Shown: positions 54,948-63,769 of the stretch, piece by piece
Numbering within the stretch: the first letter of the stretch is position 1
How the letters are laid out: every line of letters starts with the position of its first letter
DNA from: Thermodesulfovibrionia bacterium
Lineage (GTDB): Bacteria; Nitrospirota; Thermodesulfovibrionia; UBA6902
DNA: 64,000 nucleotides
Assembly: GCA_020057065.1 (NCBI GenBank)
Contig: JAGVGM010000348.1
Location: 345 to 64,344, forward strand
Direction of reading: 5' to 3'
Position numbers and translations under genes: made by a program
Notes under the pieces: generated by a model
What the model was told of the DNA's origin: nothing
What the model saw: only the letters and a program-made list of their open reading frames with translations
Database searches by the model: none

Positions 54948-55133
54948 TTGATTAATCATGCTGCAAGACAATGCTGTCCTTTAGTTCAGGAGCCTTTGGG
55001 TGATTGTTATTGTTTTAAATTAGGCAGTCAGGATATAGAGAACGCAGTTTATTACTGTAGTAAAAATTACAAGACATGCAATATTTACAAGGTCCAATTC
55101 TTCAAACATACAGGAGTCACCTTTGAAGCCTAA
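54948..55133 (+). CDS. Small Cys-rich protein, function unknown
   Basis: The track ORF starts at ATG 54906, but an in-frame TTG at 54948 has AGGGAGG 5 nt upstream. The product is ~61-75 aa with CC-x9-C-x-C ... C ... C. Confidence 0.35.
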   Translation: MINHAARQCCPLVQEPLGDCYCFKLGSQDIENAVYYCSKNYKTCNIYKVQFFKHTGVTFEA

Positions 55134-55486
55134 AAAAATATTCTTATTAATAAGAGTGTTCTTTTGTCTATTAGCATCCTCTGTTAATGCCGGGTTATGG
55201 GGGGAGAGTGTGGATATGGTTGACCTATAAGGATTAGCAAACCTTAGCTGATGATTTTACTGATTTTTCCATAAATAACAAACCGGTATCTATTCCTGCA
55301 GATATTAGAGGACCAAAATCCTGGGGGCCACGTCCAGACAATCCCGGCTATATTCATTTTATAGAGCGTCCTAATGTAGGTAATCCTCCGTTTGTACCGA
55401 TTGCGCCTGAACCGGTAAGCTATCTGCTCTTTATTGTCGGCGCGGCAGCATTGTCAGGCAAAATATATTTGAAAAGAAAAAAGTAA
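55123..55486 (+). pseudogene. Disrupted PEP-CTERM protein gene (signal-peptide ORF plus frame-separated PEP-CTERM tail)
   Basis: AGGAG-N6-TTG at 55123 starts MKPKKIFLLIRVFFCLLASSVNA|GLWGESVDMVDL* (stop at 55228-30). A different frame is open over 55235-55486 without any start codon and ends ...NPPFVPIAPEPVSYLLFIVGAAALSGKIYLKRKK* (PEP motif, TM, basic tail). Stops occur in all three frames at 55221-55234. Confidence 0.55.
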
Positions 55487-55515
55487 GATTAAGAAAATGT
55501 AATCACACAACAAAC

Positions 55516-55579
55516 GTCATTCCCGCTTGTCGGGAATCTTCTTTAAAACAAGGAAAGATTCCGGATTGTCCGGAATGAC
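55516..55579. repeat. Two tandem hairpin units of the GTCAT...ATGAC family
   Basis: GTC-ATTCCCG-CTTGT-CGGGAAT ... ATTCCGG-ATTGT-CCGGAAT-GAC. Confidence 0.8.
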
Positions 55580-55656
55580 AAAAAAAAGAATCTCTCAATT
55601 TAGGCAATTATCTCTCCAAGGTCAAGATCCGGCCACTTGTGTTATAATTTCCCGAA

Positions 55657-56745
55657 ATGGATATTCAGAAACTTGTAAAACCCAACATACGTTCACTTCG
55701 CGCATATCATGCTGAAGAAATCCCGTGTAAGGTAAAACTGGACGCAAATGAAAGCCCGTACTCAGCAATCAGCAATCAGCGGTCAGCAATCAGCTTAGAA
55801 AAAAATTTGCAAACGCTGAACCGCTATCCTGATCCGCAGGCAACAGCCCTCAGAAAACTCATGGCAAAGGAATTAAAAGTAAAGCCTGGAAATATCCTTC
55901 ACGGAAACGGTTCGGACGAGCTCATTTATTATATGATCACAACATTCGGCGGGTCGGTCATGTATCCTGTACCGACGTTCTCAATGTACGGGATTATTTC
56001 ACAGGCGCTTGACGAAAAAAAGATTGAGATACCACTGGACAAGGACTTCGACATTGATACAGAGAAGACCATAACAGCAATAAAGAAATACAGGCCGAAA
56101 CTGATATTTTTAAGTTCTCCCAATAATCCTACAGGCAATTGTTTTTCTTCAGAAAGGATCCTGAGAATCATCAAGGCCACGTCATTCAGCAAGCAACATA
56201 AGGGCGATTCACGAATCGCTCCTACATCGTCCCTTGTTGTGGTTGATGAGGCTTATCAATCATTTTCAAATGAAAAAAGTTTTTTACCGTTGCTCGATAA
56301 ATACAGAAACCTTATTGTTTTAAGGACCCTCAGCAAGATAGGACTTGCGGGTTTACGACTCGGCTTTCTCATTGCAAATGAAGAAATTATAAATGAGGTG
56401 AATAAAGTACGTCTTCCGTTCAATGTCAATTCACTTTCACAGGCGGTTGCAGTCGAGGCATTGAAAAATAAAAAACAGATGCGCTCATATTTAACTTCAA
56501 TTATTTCGGAAAGAAAAAGACTGTTTCGCGAGATGGAAAAAATAGACGGGATAACGCCGTATCCTTCGGATGCAAATTTTATATTATTCAGAGCAGCTGA
56601 TGCTGTCAGAGTATACAAACGTTTGTTAGCGAAAGGGGTCCTTATCCGGGACCTGACCGGAGTTATTGAAAATTGCCTGAGAGTGACCGTAGGAACCCCG
56701 GGGGAGAATACGGTTTTTCTGAGAACACTAAAACAATTAATATAA
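55657..56745 (+). CDS. hisC: Histidinol-phosphate aminotransferase
   Basis: 362 aa with LDANESPY, NRYPDP, VVVDEAYQSF and the PLP-lysine context LRTLSKIGLAGLRLGF. Two repeat-derived segments lie in frame. Confidence 0.92.
   Translation: MDIQKLVKPNIRSLRAYHAEEIPCKVKLDANESPYSAISNQRSAISLEKNLQTLNRYPDPQATALRKLMAKELKVKPGNILHGNGSDELIYYMITTFGGSVMYPVPTFSMYGIISQALDEKKIEIPLDKDFDIDTEKTITAIKKYRPKLIFLSSPNNPTGNCFSSERILRIIKATSFSKQHKGDSRIAPTSSLVVVDEAYQSFSNEKSFLPLLDKYRNLIVLRTLSKIGLAGLRLGFLIANEEIINEVNKVRLPFNVNSLSQAVAVEALKNKKQMRSYLTSIISERKRLFREMEKIDGITPYPSDANFILFRAADAVRVYKRLLAKGVLIRDLTGVIENCLRVTVGTPGENTVFLRTLKQLI
55762..55795. repeat. Heptamer repeat TCAGCRR x ~4.7 inside hisC
   Basis: TCAGCAA TCAGCAA TCAGCGG TCAGCAA TCAGC, translated as SAISNQRSAIS. 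Confidence 0.9.
56202..56225. repeat. GC-stem palindrome variant inside hisC
   Basis: GGGCGATTCACGAATCGCTCCTAC (imperfect arms GGGCGATTC/GAATCGCTC plus the family TAC tail), translated within SFSKQHKGDSRIAPTSS just before VVVDEAY. Confidence 0.6.
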
Positions 56746-56771
56746 AAATTCTAATTAATGGAGGTCTTTAA

Positions 56772-57365
56772 ATGCCGAGAAAAGCAACGATCACAAGAAA
56801 GACAAAAGAGACCAATATAAAACTGAGCATCAATCTTGACGGTACAGGGGCTTACAAAGCAAACACCTCGATCCCTTTTGTGGACCACATGCTGAGTCTT
56901 ATGTCGAAACACGGGCATATAGATTTAAATATTGAGGCAAAGGGAGATATAGAAGTAGATTATCATCACCTCATGGAAGATATCGGTATTGTGCTGGGAG
57001 AGGCCATTAAAAAAGCGCTTGGTGAAAAATTACAGATAAGGCGATACGGCGAAGCATTGACCCCTATGGATGAAAGCCTTGCACAGGTTGTGATCGACCT
57101 GAGCGGAAGGGCTTATCTGGTTTACAGAGTAAGACTGTCTAAAGAAACTGCATTAATTCAAAATCTCGGGGTATCGCTTTTTGAGGATTTTTTCAGGGCC
57201 ATGACAAATCACGCAGGGATGAATCTGCATATAATCCTTCATTACGGCCGGGACCCTCACCATATCTTTGAGGCGATCTTTAAAGGATTGGGAAGGGCCT
57301 TACGTACTGCGTCAGAGATCCATCCCAAGGCAAAGGGCGTGCCGTCAACAAAGGGAACGCTTTAA
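56772..57365 (+). CDS. hisB: Imidazoleglycerol-phosphate dehydratase
   Basis: 197 aa with RKTKETNI, VDYHHLMEDIGI and HHIFEAIFKGLGRAL. Confidence 0.95.
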   Translation: MPRKATITRKTKETNIKLSINLDGTGAYKANTSIPFVDHMLSLMSKHGHIDLNIEAKGDIEVDYHHLMEDIGIVLGEAIKKALGEKLQIRRYGEALTPMDESLAQVVIDLSGRAYLVYRVRLSKETALIQNLGVSLFEDFFRAMTNHAGMNLHIILHYGRDPHHIFEAIFKGLGRALRTASEIHPKAKGVPSTKGTL

Positions 57366-57421
57366 AATGACTGTGTTAAGATTTATTTTATAAATTCATA
57401 GATGGAAAGGATGGTGTATTT

Positions 57422-58633
57422 ATGGCAATTAAAAGAATAGGTATTATTACAAGCGGTGGAGACGCCGGTGGACTGAATGCAGTAATTAAAGGCGTTGCGC
57501 GTGAGGCGTATGCGCATGGAATTGAATCTGTTGTTATTCCCAACGGATATGCAGGTCTTTATAACCTCGTTGATCTGGAACAGGTTGTTGTGCTCAATGC
57601 GGATCGGGTAAGCCGTATAGAAGCATCGCTTGCAGGTTCGGAGGCAGGCCATTCAAGGGTAAAAATAAGCAAGATAAAAGACCCAAACACATACACAAGG
57701 ATAAAAGACGGGCTGAAGAAGTTCGGCATTGACGCATTGATAATAAGCGGCGGAGATGACACCGGCAGCGTAGTTGTAGACCTCGGCGGGCAGGGCATCC
57801 CCTGCGTGCATGTCCCCAAGACTATGGACCTCGACCTTCAGCCTTACAGTGTCGGCGGTGATTCCGCGATCAACAGGATAGCAGTGATGACGCGCGACTT
57901 AAAAACTACCGGCATGAGCCATAACCGCGTCATGGTAATTGAAGTGTTTGGACGCTACGTCGGTCACACTGCGTTTCGCGGCGGCATCGGCGCAGAGGCC
58001 GACTGCATACTGATTCCTGAAATTCCTGTTGACTTTGACGTTATCTACGAGCATATTAAGGCCACATATTTCAACAGAATTGAAAGGAGCGATGTCAAAG
58101 CAGGCACATATATGATGGTAGTTGCAGAGGGAATTATGACAGCATCAGGCGAGCTGCTTTATGACGAATCTGCAGGAGTCGATGCCTTCGGACACAAAAA
58201 ACTTGCCGGCGCCGGAAAATATGTGAGACAACAGATTGAGAAGAGGATGAAGGTGGACCCTGCGATAAAGGAATTCATGAAAAAGGTCGGCATGTTTGCA
58301 CCGGGGGTGTATGAAATACCGGAGGTGAGGGAAGTAGCTCCGAGCCATCTTGTGCGCTGCGGCCAGACTTCCGCCTATGACGTGAACTTCGGCTACAGGG
58401 CAGGAGCTGCGGGGGTACTGCTGCTGCTTCAGGGTAAGACGGGCAATACGGTTGTTGACGTGAGCGGTAAAAAAGTGTTTTATATGCCGACAACTGAGGC
58501 TATCAAACGGAGAGAGGTTGATGTAAGCGAGATAGCCCTCTTTGAAAGCCTGGGAATATGCTTCGGGAGAAAACCGCAGAAATATGAGTTTGAATGTGAA
58601 CAGGCATCAATGCCGATAGACCGGCACGTGTAA
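57422..58633 (+). CDS. pfp: 6-phosphofructokinase, probably pyrophosphate-dependent
   Basis: 403 aa with ITSGGDAGGLNAVI. SGGDDTGS has Asp at the position equivalent to E. coli PfkA G104, and VPKTMDLDL has Lys at the position equivalent to G124. Both are the PPi-type residues. Confidence 0.75.
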   Translation: MAIKRIGIITSGGDAGGLNAVIKGVAREAYAHGIESVVIPNGYAGLYNLVDLEQVVVLNADRVSRIEASLAGSEAGHSRVKISKIKDPNTYTRIKDGLKKFGIDALIISGGDDTGSVVVDLGGQGIPCVHVPKTMDLDLQPYSVGGDSAINRIAVMTRDLKTTGMSHNRVMVIEVFGRYVGHTAFRGGIGAEADCILIPEIPVDFDVIYEHIKATYFNRIERSDVKAGTYMMVVAEGIMTASGELLYDESAGVDAFGHKKLAGAGKYVRQQIEKRMKVDPAIKEFMKKVGMFAPGVYEIPEVREVAPSHLVRCGQTSAYDVNFGYRAGAAGVLLLLQGKTGNTVVDVSGKKVFYMPTTEAIKRREVDVSEIALFESLGICFGRKPQKYEFECEQASMPIDRHV

Positions 58634-58639
58634 AAAAAT

Positions 58640-58657
58640 AATTAGTAATGAGTAATT
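58640..58657. repeat. 18-nt core identical to 8587-8604
   Basis: AATTAGTAATGAGTAATT, followed by GTTAATGAG. Confidence 0.85.
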
Positions 58658-58719
58658 GTTAATGAGTGAAACTCCTCGCGGCAAGTCGCAGGGAGTTTCA
58701 CTATTTTAAGTTCCGGAAC

Positions 58720-61593
58720 ATGAACATAACCCCTTACCATGCAAAATATTTTGCATACGAACTTACCCGCCGATATTCGTCAGACAGCTTACAAAAACTT
58801 GCAGCTTCATTATCCGATGCACAGGTTGATCTAAATCCCCATCAGATTGAAGCCGCACTGTTTGCCTTCCGCTCACCGCTTTCAAAAGGCGCTATTCTTG
58901 CGGATGAAGTTGGATTAGGAAAGACCATCGAGGCCGGTATTGTCATTTCGCAGAAATGGGCTGAACGCAAGAGAAAGATATTGATTATTGTTCCTTCCAG
59001 TCTTCGTAAACAGTGGAATCAGGAACTGACGGATAAATTCTTTTTGCCCTCGATTATTCTTGAGACAAAATCTTTCAATCAGGAAATCAAAAACGGAAAT
59101 CTGAATCCGTTTAGACAAAATGACATTGTAATATGTTCCTACCATTTTGCAAAAGCGAAAGATGTCTATATCAAACAGATCAACTGGGATTTGATAGTCA
59201 TTGATGAGGCACATCATTTACGGAATGTTTATAAGAACAGCAATAAGATCGCCAATGCTATCAAGGCTGCCGTAGCGCATTCGCCAAAACTTCTGCTTAC
59301 TGCAACCCCCCTTCAAAACACCCTCATGGAACTTTACGGATTGGTAAGCATCATTGATGATTATACGTTCGGAGATTTGCCAAGCTTCAAGAGCCGGTTT
59401 GCGCGATTGACCAACAATGATAATTTCGATGATTTAAAAGAGCGGTTAAAACCAATTTGCAAACGGACATTGAGGAGGCAGGTTCTTGAATATGTGAAAT
59501 ACACAAACCGCATTCCCATAACACAGGAATTTTATCCTACGGAAAATGAACAAAAGCTTTATGATCTGGTATCAGAATATTTGCAACGACAAAACCTTTA
59601 TGCTCTGCCTGCAAGTCAAAGGCAATTGATGACACTTATTCTCCGCAAACTGCTTGCATCGTCTACTTATGCAATCTCAGGAACATTAGAAGCGCTATCA
59701 AATAAATTAGATACAATTGTCGAAAATCAGGAAACCGCACCATTGTTTGATGAAAAAATATCAGAGGATTTTGAAATACTTGATGAGATGAAAGATGAGT
59801 GGACAGAAGACGATGAGGAGGCAGAAGAAACAAAGACCTACACCCCTGAAGAAATAAAATCAATCAAGGAAGAAAGTAAGTCCCTGAAGGAATTTCACGC
59901 ACTGGCAACATCAATAAAAAAGAACTCTAAAGGTGAGGTATTGATGACCGCATTGAAAGCAGGCTTTGCCGAGGCTGAGACGCGAGGCGGCGTTAAAAAG
60001 GCGGTTATCTTTACCGAATCAACCAGAACACAGAAATATCTCAATAATATTTTGGAGAATGCCGAATACAGCGGAAAAATTGTCCTGTTCAACGGCTCAA
60101 ATACTGATCCTAAATCACAGGAAATTTACAAACATTGGATTGAAAAGCATCAAGGGACTGACAGGATTACCGGCTCAAAGAGTGCTGATATGCGCGCCGC
60201 ACTGGTTGAGTATTTCAGGGATGAAGCAATTATTATGATCGCTACCGAAGCAGGGGCTGAAGGAATTAATTTGCAGTTTTGCTCATTGGTAGTCAATTAT
60301 GATCTTCCATGGAATCCACAGAGGATTGAGCAGAGAATTGGCAGATGCCACCGCTATGGACAAAGGCATGATGTCGTTGTAGTTAATTTTCTGAATAAGA
60401 AGAACGCCGCTGACCTCAGAGTCTATCAACTGTTATCAGAGAAATTTAAATTATTTGAAGGCGTATTCGGAGCAAGCGATGAAGTCTTAGGCAGTATTGA
60501 ATCAGGTGTTGATTTCGAAAAACGCATTGCTCAAATTTACCAGCAATGCAGATCAGAGGAAGAAATACAGACTGCATTTGACACCCTTCAGAAAGAGATG
60601 GAGCCGCAGATTGATGAGACAATGAGTCTTACCAGACGAAGACTGTTTGAGAACTTTGACGAGGAAGTGCATGAGAAACTAAGGATCAATTTAAAGGAAA
60701 GCAGAGAGTATCTTTCAAAATATGAAAACTGGCTCTGGCAGGTGACTAAATACTATCTTGACCCTTATGCTGACTTTGCAGAAGATGATTATTCTTTCAT
60801 GTTGCGTGAAAATCCCTTTGGAAGTGAAACAATACATCCGGGACCTTACAGGATAGGCAAGAACATTGAGGACGCTAACATTTACAGGATTGGACATCCC
60901 CTTGCCCAGCGTCTTATAGATAAGTGCAAATCCTTATCGCCGGACAGCCAAGAGGTAGTCTTTGATTACTCAAATACACCGAAGAGGATCAGCATCCTTG
61001 AGCCTTTTGTCGGTAAATCAGGCTGGTTGTCAGTAGCAAATCTGACTATACATTCTTTTGAATCGGAGGATAACATTCTGTTTTGTGGTATAACTGATAA
61101 TGACTTAGAACTCGATAGAGAACAATGTCAAAGGCTTTTTTCTTTATCCGCAGTTGTAGCTCCCATCCTTGATAAGGAGGGGTTAGGGGTGGTTGAGAAA
61201 CAAATTCAGCATATTGCCCACAAACAGCAGTCTGCCATTCTTCAAACCAATGCCGAACGCAACGGCGGCTTTTTTGATACCGAGATTGAAAAACTGGACA
61301 AATGGGCTGAGGACGTAAAAAACAGTATCGAATTAGAACTGAAGGAACTTGACCGTGAAATTAAAGCAGGGAAGACAGAGGCAAAAAAGATTCTGAATCT
61401 TGAGGAAAAGGTAAAAGCACAGCGACAAATAAAAGAGATGGAGAAGAAGCGAAATGAATTGAGGATGAATCTGTATCAGGCGCAGGATGAGATTGATCTG
61501 AAAAAGGAAAAGCTGATTAACGAAATAGAGTCACGGATGAAGCAACAGATAGAAACTAATGAGTTGTTTACTATAAAATGGAAGGTAGTTTAG
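58720..61593 (+). CDS. SNF2-family helicase with long C-terminal coiled-coil region
   Basis: I set the start at ATG 58720 (MNITPYHAKYFAYELTRR). Motifs are LADEVGLGKTIEAG, VIDEAHHLRN, LLLTATPLQN and QRIGRCHRYGQ. The C-terminal ~330 aa are non-helicase and carry a K/E-rich coiled coil. Confidence 0.85.
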   Translation: MNITPYHAKYFAYELTRRYSSDSLQKLAASLSDAQVDLNPHQIEAALFAFRSPLSKGAILADEVGLGKTIEAGIVISQKWAERKRKILIIVPSSLRKQWNQELTDKFFLPSIILETKSFNQEIKNGNLNPFRQNDIVICSYHFAKAKDVYIKQINWDLIVIDEAHHLRNVYKNSNKIANAIKAAVAHSPKLLLTATPLQNTLMELYGLVSIIDDYTFGDLPSFKSRFARLTNNDNFDDLKERLKPICKRTLRRQVLEYVKYTNRIPITQEFYPTENEQKLYDLVSEYLQRQNLYALPASQRQLMTLILRKLLASSTYAISGTLEALSNKLDTIVENQETAPLFDEKISEDFEILDEMKDEWTEDDEEAEETKTYTPEEIKSIKEESKSLKEFHALATSIKKNSKGEVLMTALKAGFAEAETRGGVKKAVIFTESTRTQKYLNNILENAEYSGKIVLFNGSNTDPKSQEIYKHWIEKHQGTDRITGSKSADMRAALVEYFRDEAIIMIATEAGAEGINLQFCSLVVNYDLPWNPQRIEQRIGRCHRYGQRHDVVVVNFLNKKNAADLRVYQLLSEKFKLFEGVFGASDEVLGSIESGVDFEKRIAQIYQQCRSEEEIQTAFDTLQKEMEPQIDETMSLTRRRLFENFDEEVHEKLRINLKESREYLSKYENWLWQVTKYYLDPYADFAEDDYSFMLRENPFGSETIHPGPYRIGKNIEDANIYRIGHPLAQRLIDKCKSLSPDSQEVVFDYSNTPKRISILEPFVGKSGWLSVANLTIHSFESEDNILFCGITDNDLELDREQCQRLFSLSAVVAPILDKEGLGVVEKQIQHIAHKQQSAILQTNAERNGGFFDTEIEKLDKWAEDVKNSIELELKELDREIKAGKTEAKKILNLEEKVKAQRQIKEMEKKRNELRMNLYQAQDEIDLKKEKLINEIESRMKQQIETNELFTIKWKVV

Positions 61594-61635
61594 AAAAGTG
61601 AGTCGGTTACAAAATGTAACCGGCTGAAACTGGAA

Positions 61636-61723
61636 GCAGCCGACGGGAAGCTGGGGTCGTGCAGGAAACAATAATATAGAAACAAATCTATTGTTTCTTG
61701 TAAAATTGGAGCTGACTTAAGGA
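61636..61723 (+). repeat. Conserved leader, copy 1 (direct repeat of 63635-63716)
   Basis: GCAGCCGA..GCTGGGGTCGTGCAGGAAACAATAAT.TAGA.ACAAA...ATTGTTTCTTGTAAAAT.GGAGCTGA.TTA.GAA. Internal 9-bp hairpin GAAACAATA/TATTGTTTC. Confidence 0.8.
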
Positions 61724-61733
61724 ATATAACTTC

Positions 61734-63584
61734 ATGAAGAATCAATATATAAATGATATTTTGTCCAGGATTCAATCTTCACTTGAAACGGGGAAGTTCA
61801 TTTCTATTGAAACAGAGTTCGTGGAGTTGAAAGGTTTATCGACCGGTGGTGATTGGAAATCCCTCAAAGAGACGGTCTGTGCTTTCCTTAATACAAATGG
61901 CGGTTATATTATTGCAGGTATTCATGAAAGGAATAAGCAATATGTTTTAAATGGATTTAACAGGGATAATGAGTCAAACCTGATTGATTTACGTAAAATC
62001 TTTCAGGCAGATAACGGAACCTTACCTGATTTATCTGATTATCTATCCTTTGAATATGAAGATTTTCAAAATACTAATCTGGTAGTTGTCTTAGTCCGTC
62101 CAGTTCCGGAAGACCTCAAATATCTGAAATTTGACGGCATTTATTATGAACGTATTCTATCGCAGGACAAAAAGATACCTGATACAAAAATACTCCAGCA
62201 TCAGGAGTATAAGCAAGAGCTTGAGTATGCGAAAGAAATCACACCGATTACAGAAGCGTCTATAAATGATTTAAGCCTTGATAAGATCAACCATTACATC
62301 ACTCTGCTTAATAGAGAAATCAGGAAAGAAACCTTAAAGGCGGATTTGCAGCAGTCTATGTCTTTTCTTGAAAGGCAGTATTTCATAAGACAGGAGCAGA
62401 TAACCACACTTGGGATGCTTATTTCCGGAGATGATCCGTTTCACTTTCTTGAAAACAGGGTAGAGGTCGATTGCTATCTTGATACCGGAGAATCTATTGC
62501 AAAGGATAAAAAGATATTCAGAAATGATGTGATAAGCCTTATGGAGGATACCTTCAAATTTGTATGGGGCAATATAAAGATAGGTCGGTCTGTTAGTGAA
62601 GGTGGCTCAACAGAACCTGAATATCCTGAAGATTTAATAAGAGAAGTTATCAATAATGCGTTAGCGCACAGGGATTATTATTCAAATAACTTTATTGCCG
62701 TAACTATAAAGCCCAATGAATATCTTGAAATAAAAAACCCCGGTACATTTAAACAGAAACTCACAGTCTCTCATCACACACATGAAATGCAGATCAGAAG
62801 GATTATTCCCGGAATTCCAGAGACCAAAAATCCCAAGCTTGCTTCTGCTTTGAAAGTATTTGAAAAAATAGAAAGCAGGGGCAGGGGAATGGCAACTTTG
62901 GTTAATGCCTGCCTGACAAACAAAATTGACCTGCCATATTATGATCTAAGCAATCCGGATACAATTTGCCTGAGAATTCCGTCAGGAAAATTAATTGATG
63001 AACAGATTGAAGGTTGGTTGAGCAGCTTTCGAAAATACATTCATAAAAAATCGGGCGACAATTTAACTGTTCATCATAAAGCTGTTCTTGCCTATTTTTA
63101 TAAATCAGAGGTCCTCAACCGTAAAAGGCTTTATACAATTCTGCTTGCTGAAAGCAATAATCACTTCAATGTAATTGAATCTCTGAAAAAGGCAGGACTG
63201 ATATTTGAACATCCTTTAAGCACAGAGAACGTGCCTCTTTACATGGTTGACAGAGAACTTATGAAAGACGATTTTTCGTCAGAGTTAAAAGCAATCTTTG
63301 AATCCGAATATATCTATCTTGACTCTGTATCTAAAAAAATACTGAATATTATTTACAGGCATACATTTTATAACGAAGAACCTGTGTCCGCAAGGCAGCT
63401 TACTCCTGAAATATATCGTACTGAGATTGGTTCCAAAATTGATATAAAAAAATTTGAAAATTTAGGCAGAAAAGTCAGAAACATGTGCAACAAACTGAAT
63501 AAAAAAACCATATTGATCAAGTCGTCCAAAGCCAAAGGCTACACTATAAATTCTGATTTCAAGAAACCGAATGGTTTGATTTAA
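61734..63584 (+). CDS. AlbA_2 (Schlafen-like) DNA-binding domain plus HATPase_c_4-like domain protein (COG2865 type)
   Basis: 616 aa with ETEFVELKG...ETVCAFLNTNGGYIIAGI (AlbA_2) and EDLIREVINNALAHRDY...GRGMATLV (ATPase-like). Confidence 0.75.
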   Translation: MKNQYINDILSRIQSSLETGKFISIETEFVELKGLSTGGDWKSLKETVCAFLNTNGGYIIAGIHERNKQYVLNGFNRDNESNLIDLRKIFQADNGTLPDLSDYLSFEYEDFQNTNLVVVLVRPVPEDLKYLKFDGIYYERILSQDKKIPDTKILQHQEYKQELEYAKEITPITEASINDLSLDKINHYITLLNREIRKETLKADLQQSMSFLERQYFIRQEQITTLGMLISGDDPFHFLENRVEVDCYLDTGESIAKDKKIFRNDVISLMEDTFKFVWGNIKIGRSVSEGGSTEPEYPEDLIREVINNALAHRDYYSNNFIAVTIKPNEYLEIKNPGTFKQKLTVSHHTHEMQIRRIIPGIPETKNPKLASALKVFEKIESRGRGMATLVNACLTNKIDLPYYDLSNPDTICLRIPSGKLIDEQIEGWLSSFRKYIHKKSGDNLTVHHKAVLAYFYKSEVLNRKRLYTILLAESNNHFNVIESLKKAGLIFEHPLSTENVPLYMVDRELMKDDFSSELKAIFESEYIYLDSVSKKILNIIYRHTFYNEEPVSARQLTPEIYRTEIGSKIDIKKFENLGRKVRNMCNKLNKKTILIKSSKAKGYTINSDFKKPNGLI

Positions 63585-63587
63585 TCA

Positions 63588-63713
63588 ATGTTGAAACCCC
63601 AAAAACTCGAACTCACATGGATAGGCAAGGATGAGCAGCCGAGGCTGGGGTCGTGTAGAAAGCAAATAATAGAGACAAACAAATTGTTTCTTGTAAAATG
63701 GAAGCTGATTTAG
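63588..63713 (+). pseudogene. Vestigial 5' end of a Mod-type (N4/N6) DNA methyltransferase gene
   Basis: The ORF reads MLKPQKLELTWIGKDEQPRLGSCRKQIIETNKLFLVKWKLI*. The KLELTWIGKDEQPRL block resembles the N-terminus I associate with PF01555-type Mod methylases. Resemblance stops at the start of the repeated leader. A more degraded version (KLEAADGKLGSCRKQ*) lies at 61624-61674. Confidence 0.45.
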
Positions 63714-63716
63714 AAG
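63635..63716 (+). repeat. Conserved leader, copy 2
   Basis: It aligns with 61636-61723 (see copy 1) and lies 1999 nt downstream of it. Confidence 0.8.
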
Positions 63717-63769
63717 AGGAGGGGCATGCAAAAAGAGCTTATCATGAAGCTCAACAAGGCTTTTGAAAT

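Noticed and set aside
55196-55201. G6 homopolymer slippage as the cause of the split PEP-CTERM gene (phase variation)
   Set aside because: Shifting by +1 or -1 at the G-run runs into TGA (55221), TAA (55228) or TAG (55232). All three frames are closed, so one indel cannot restore a full-length ORF.
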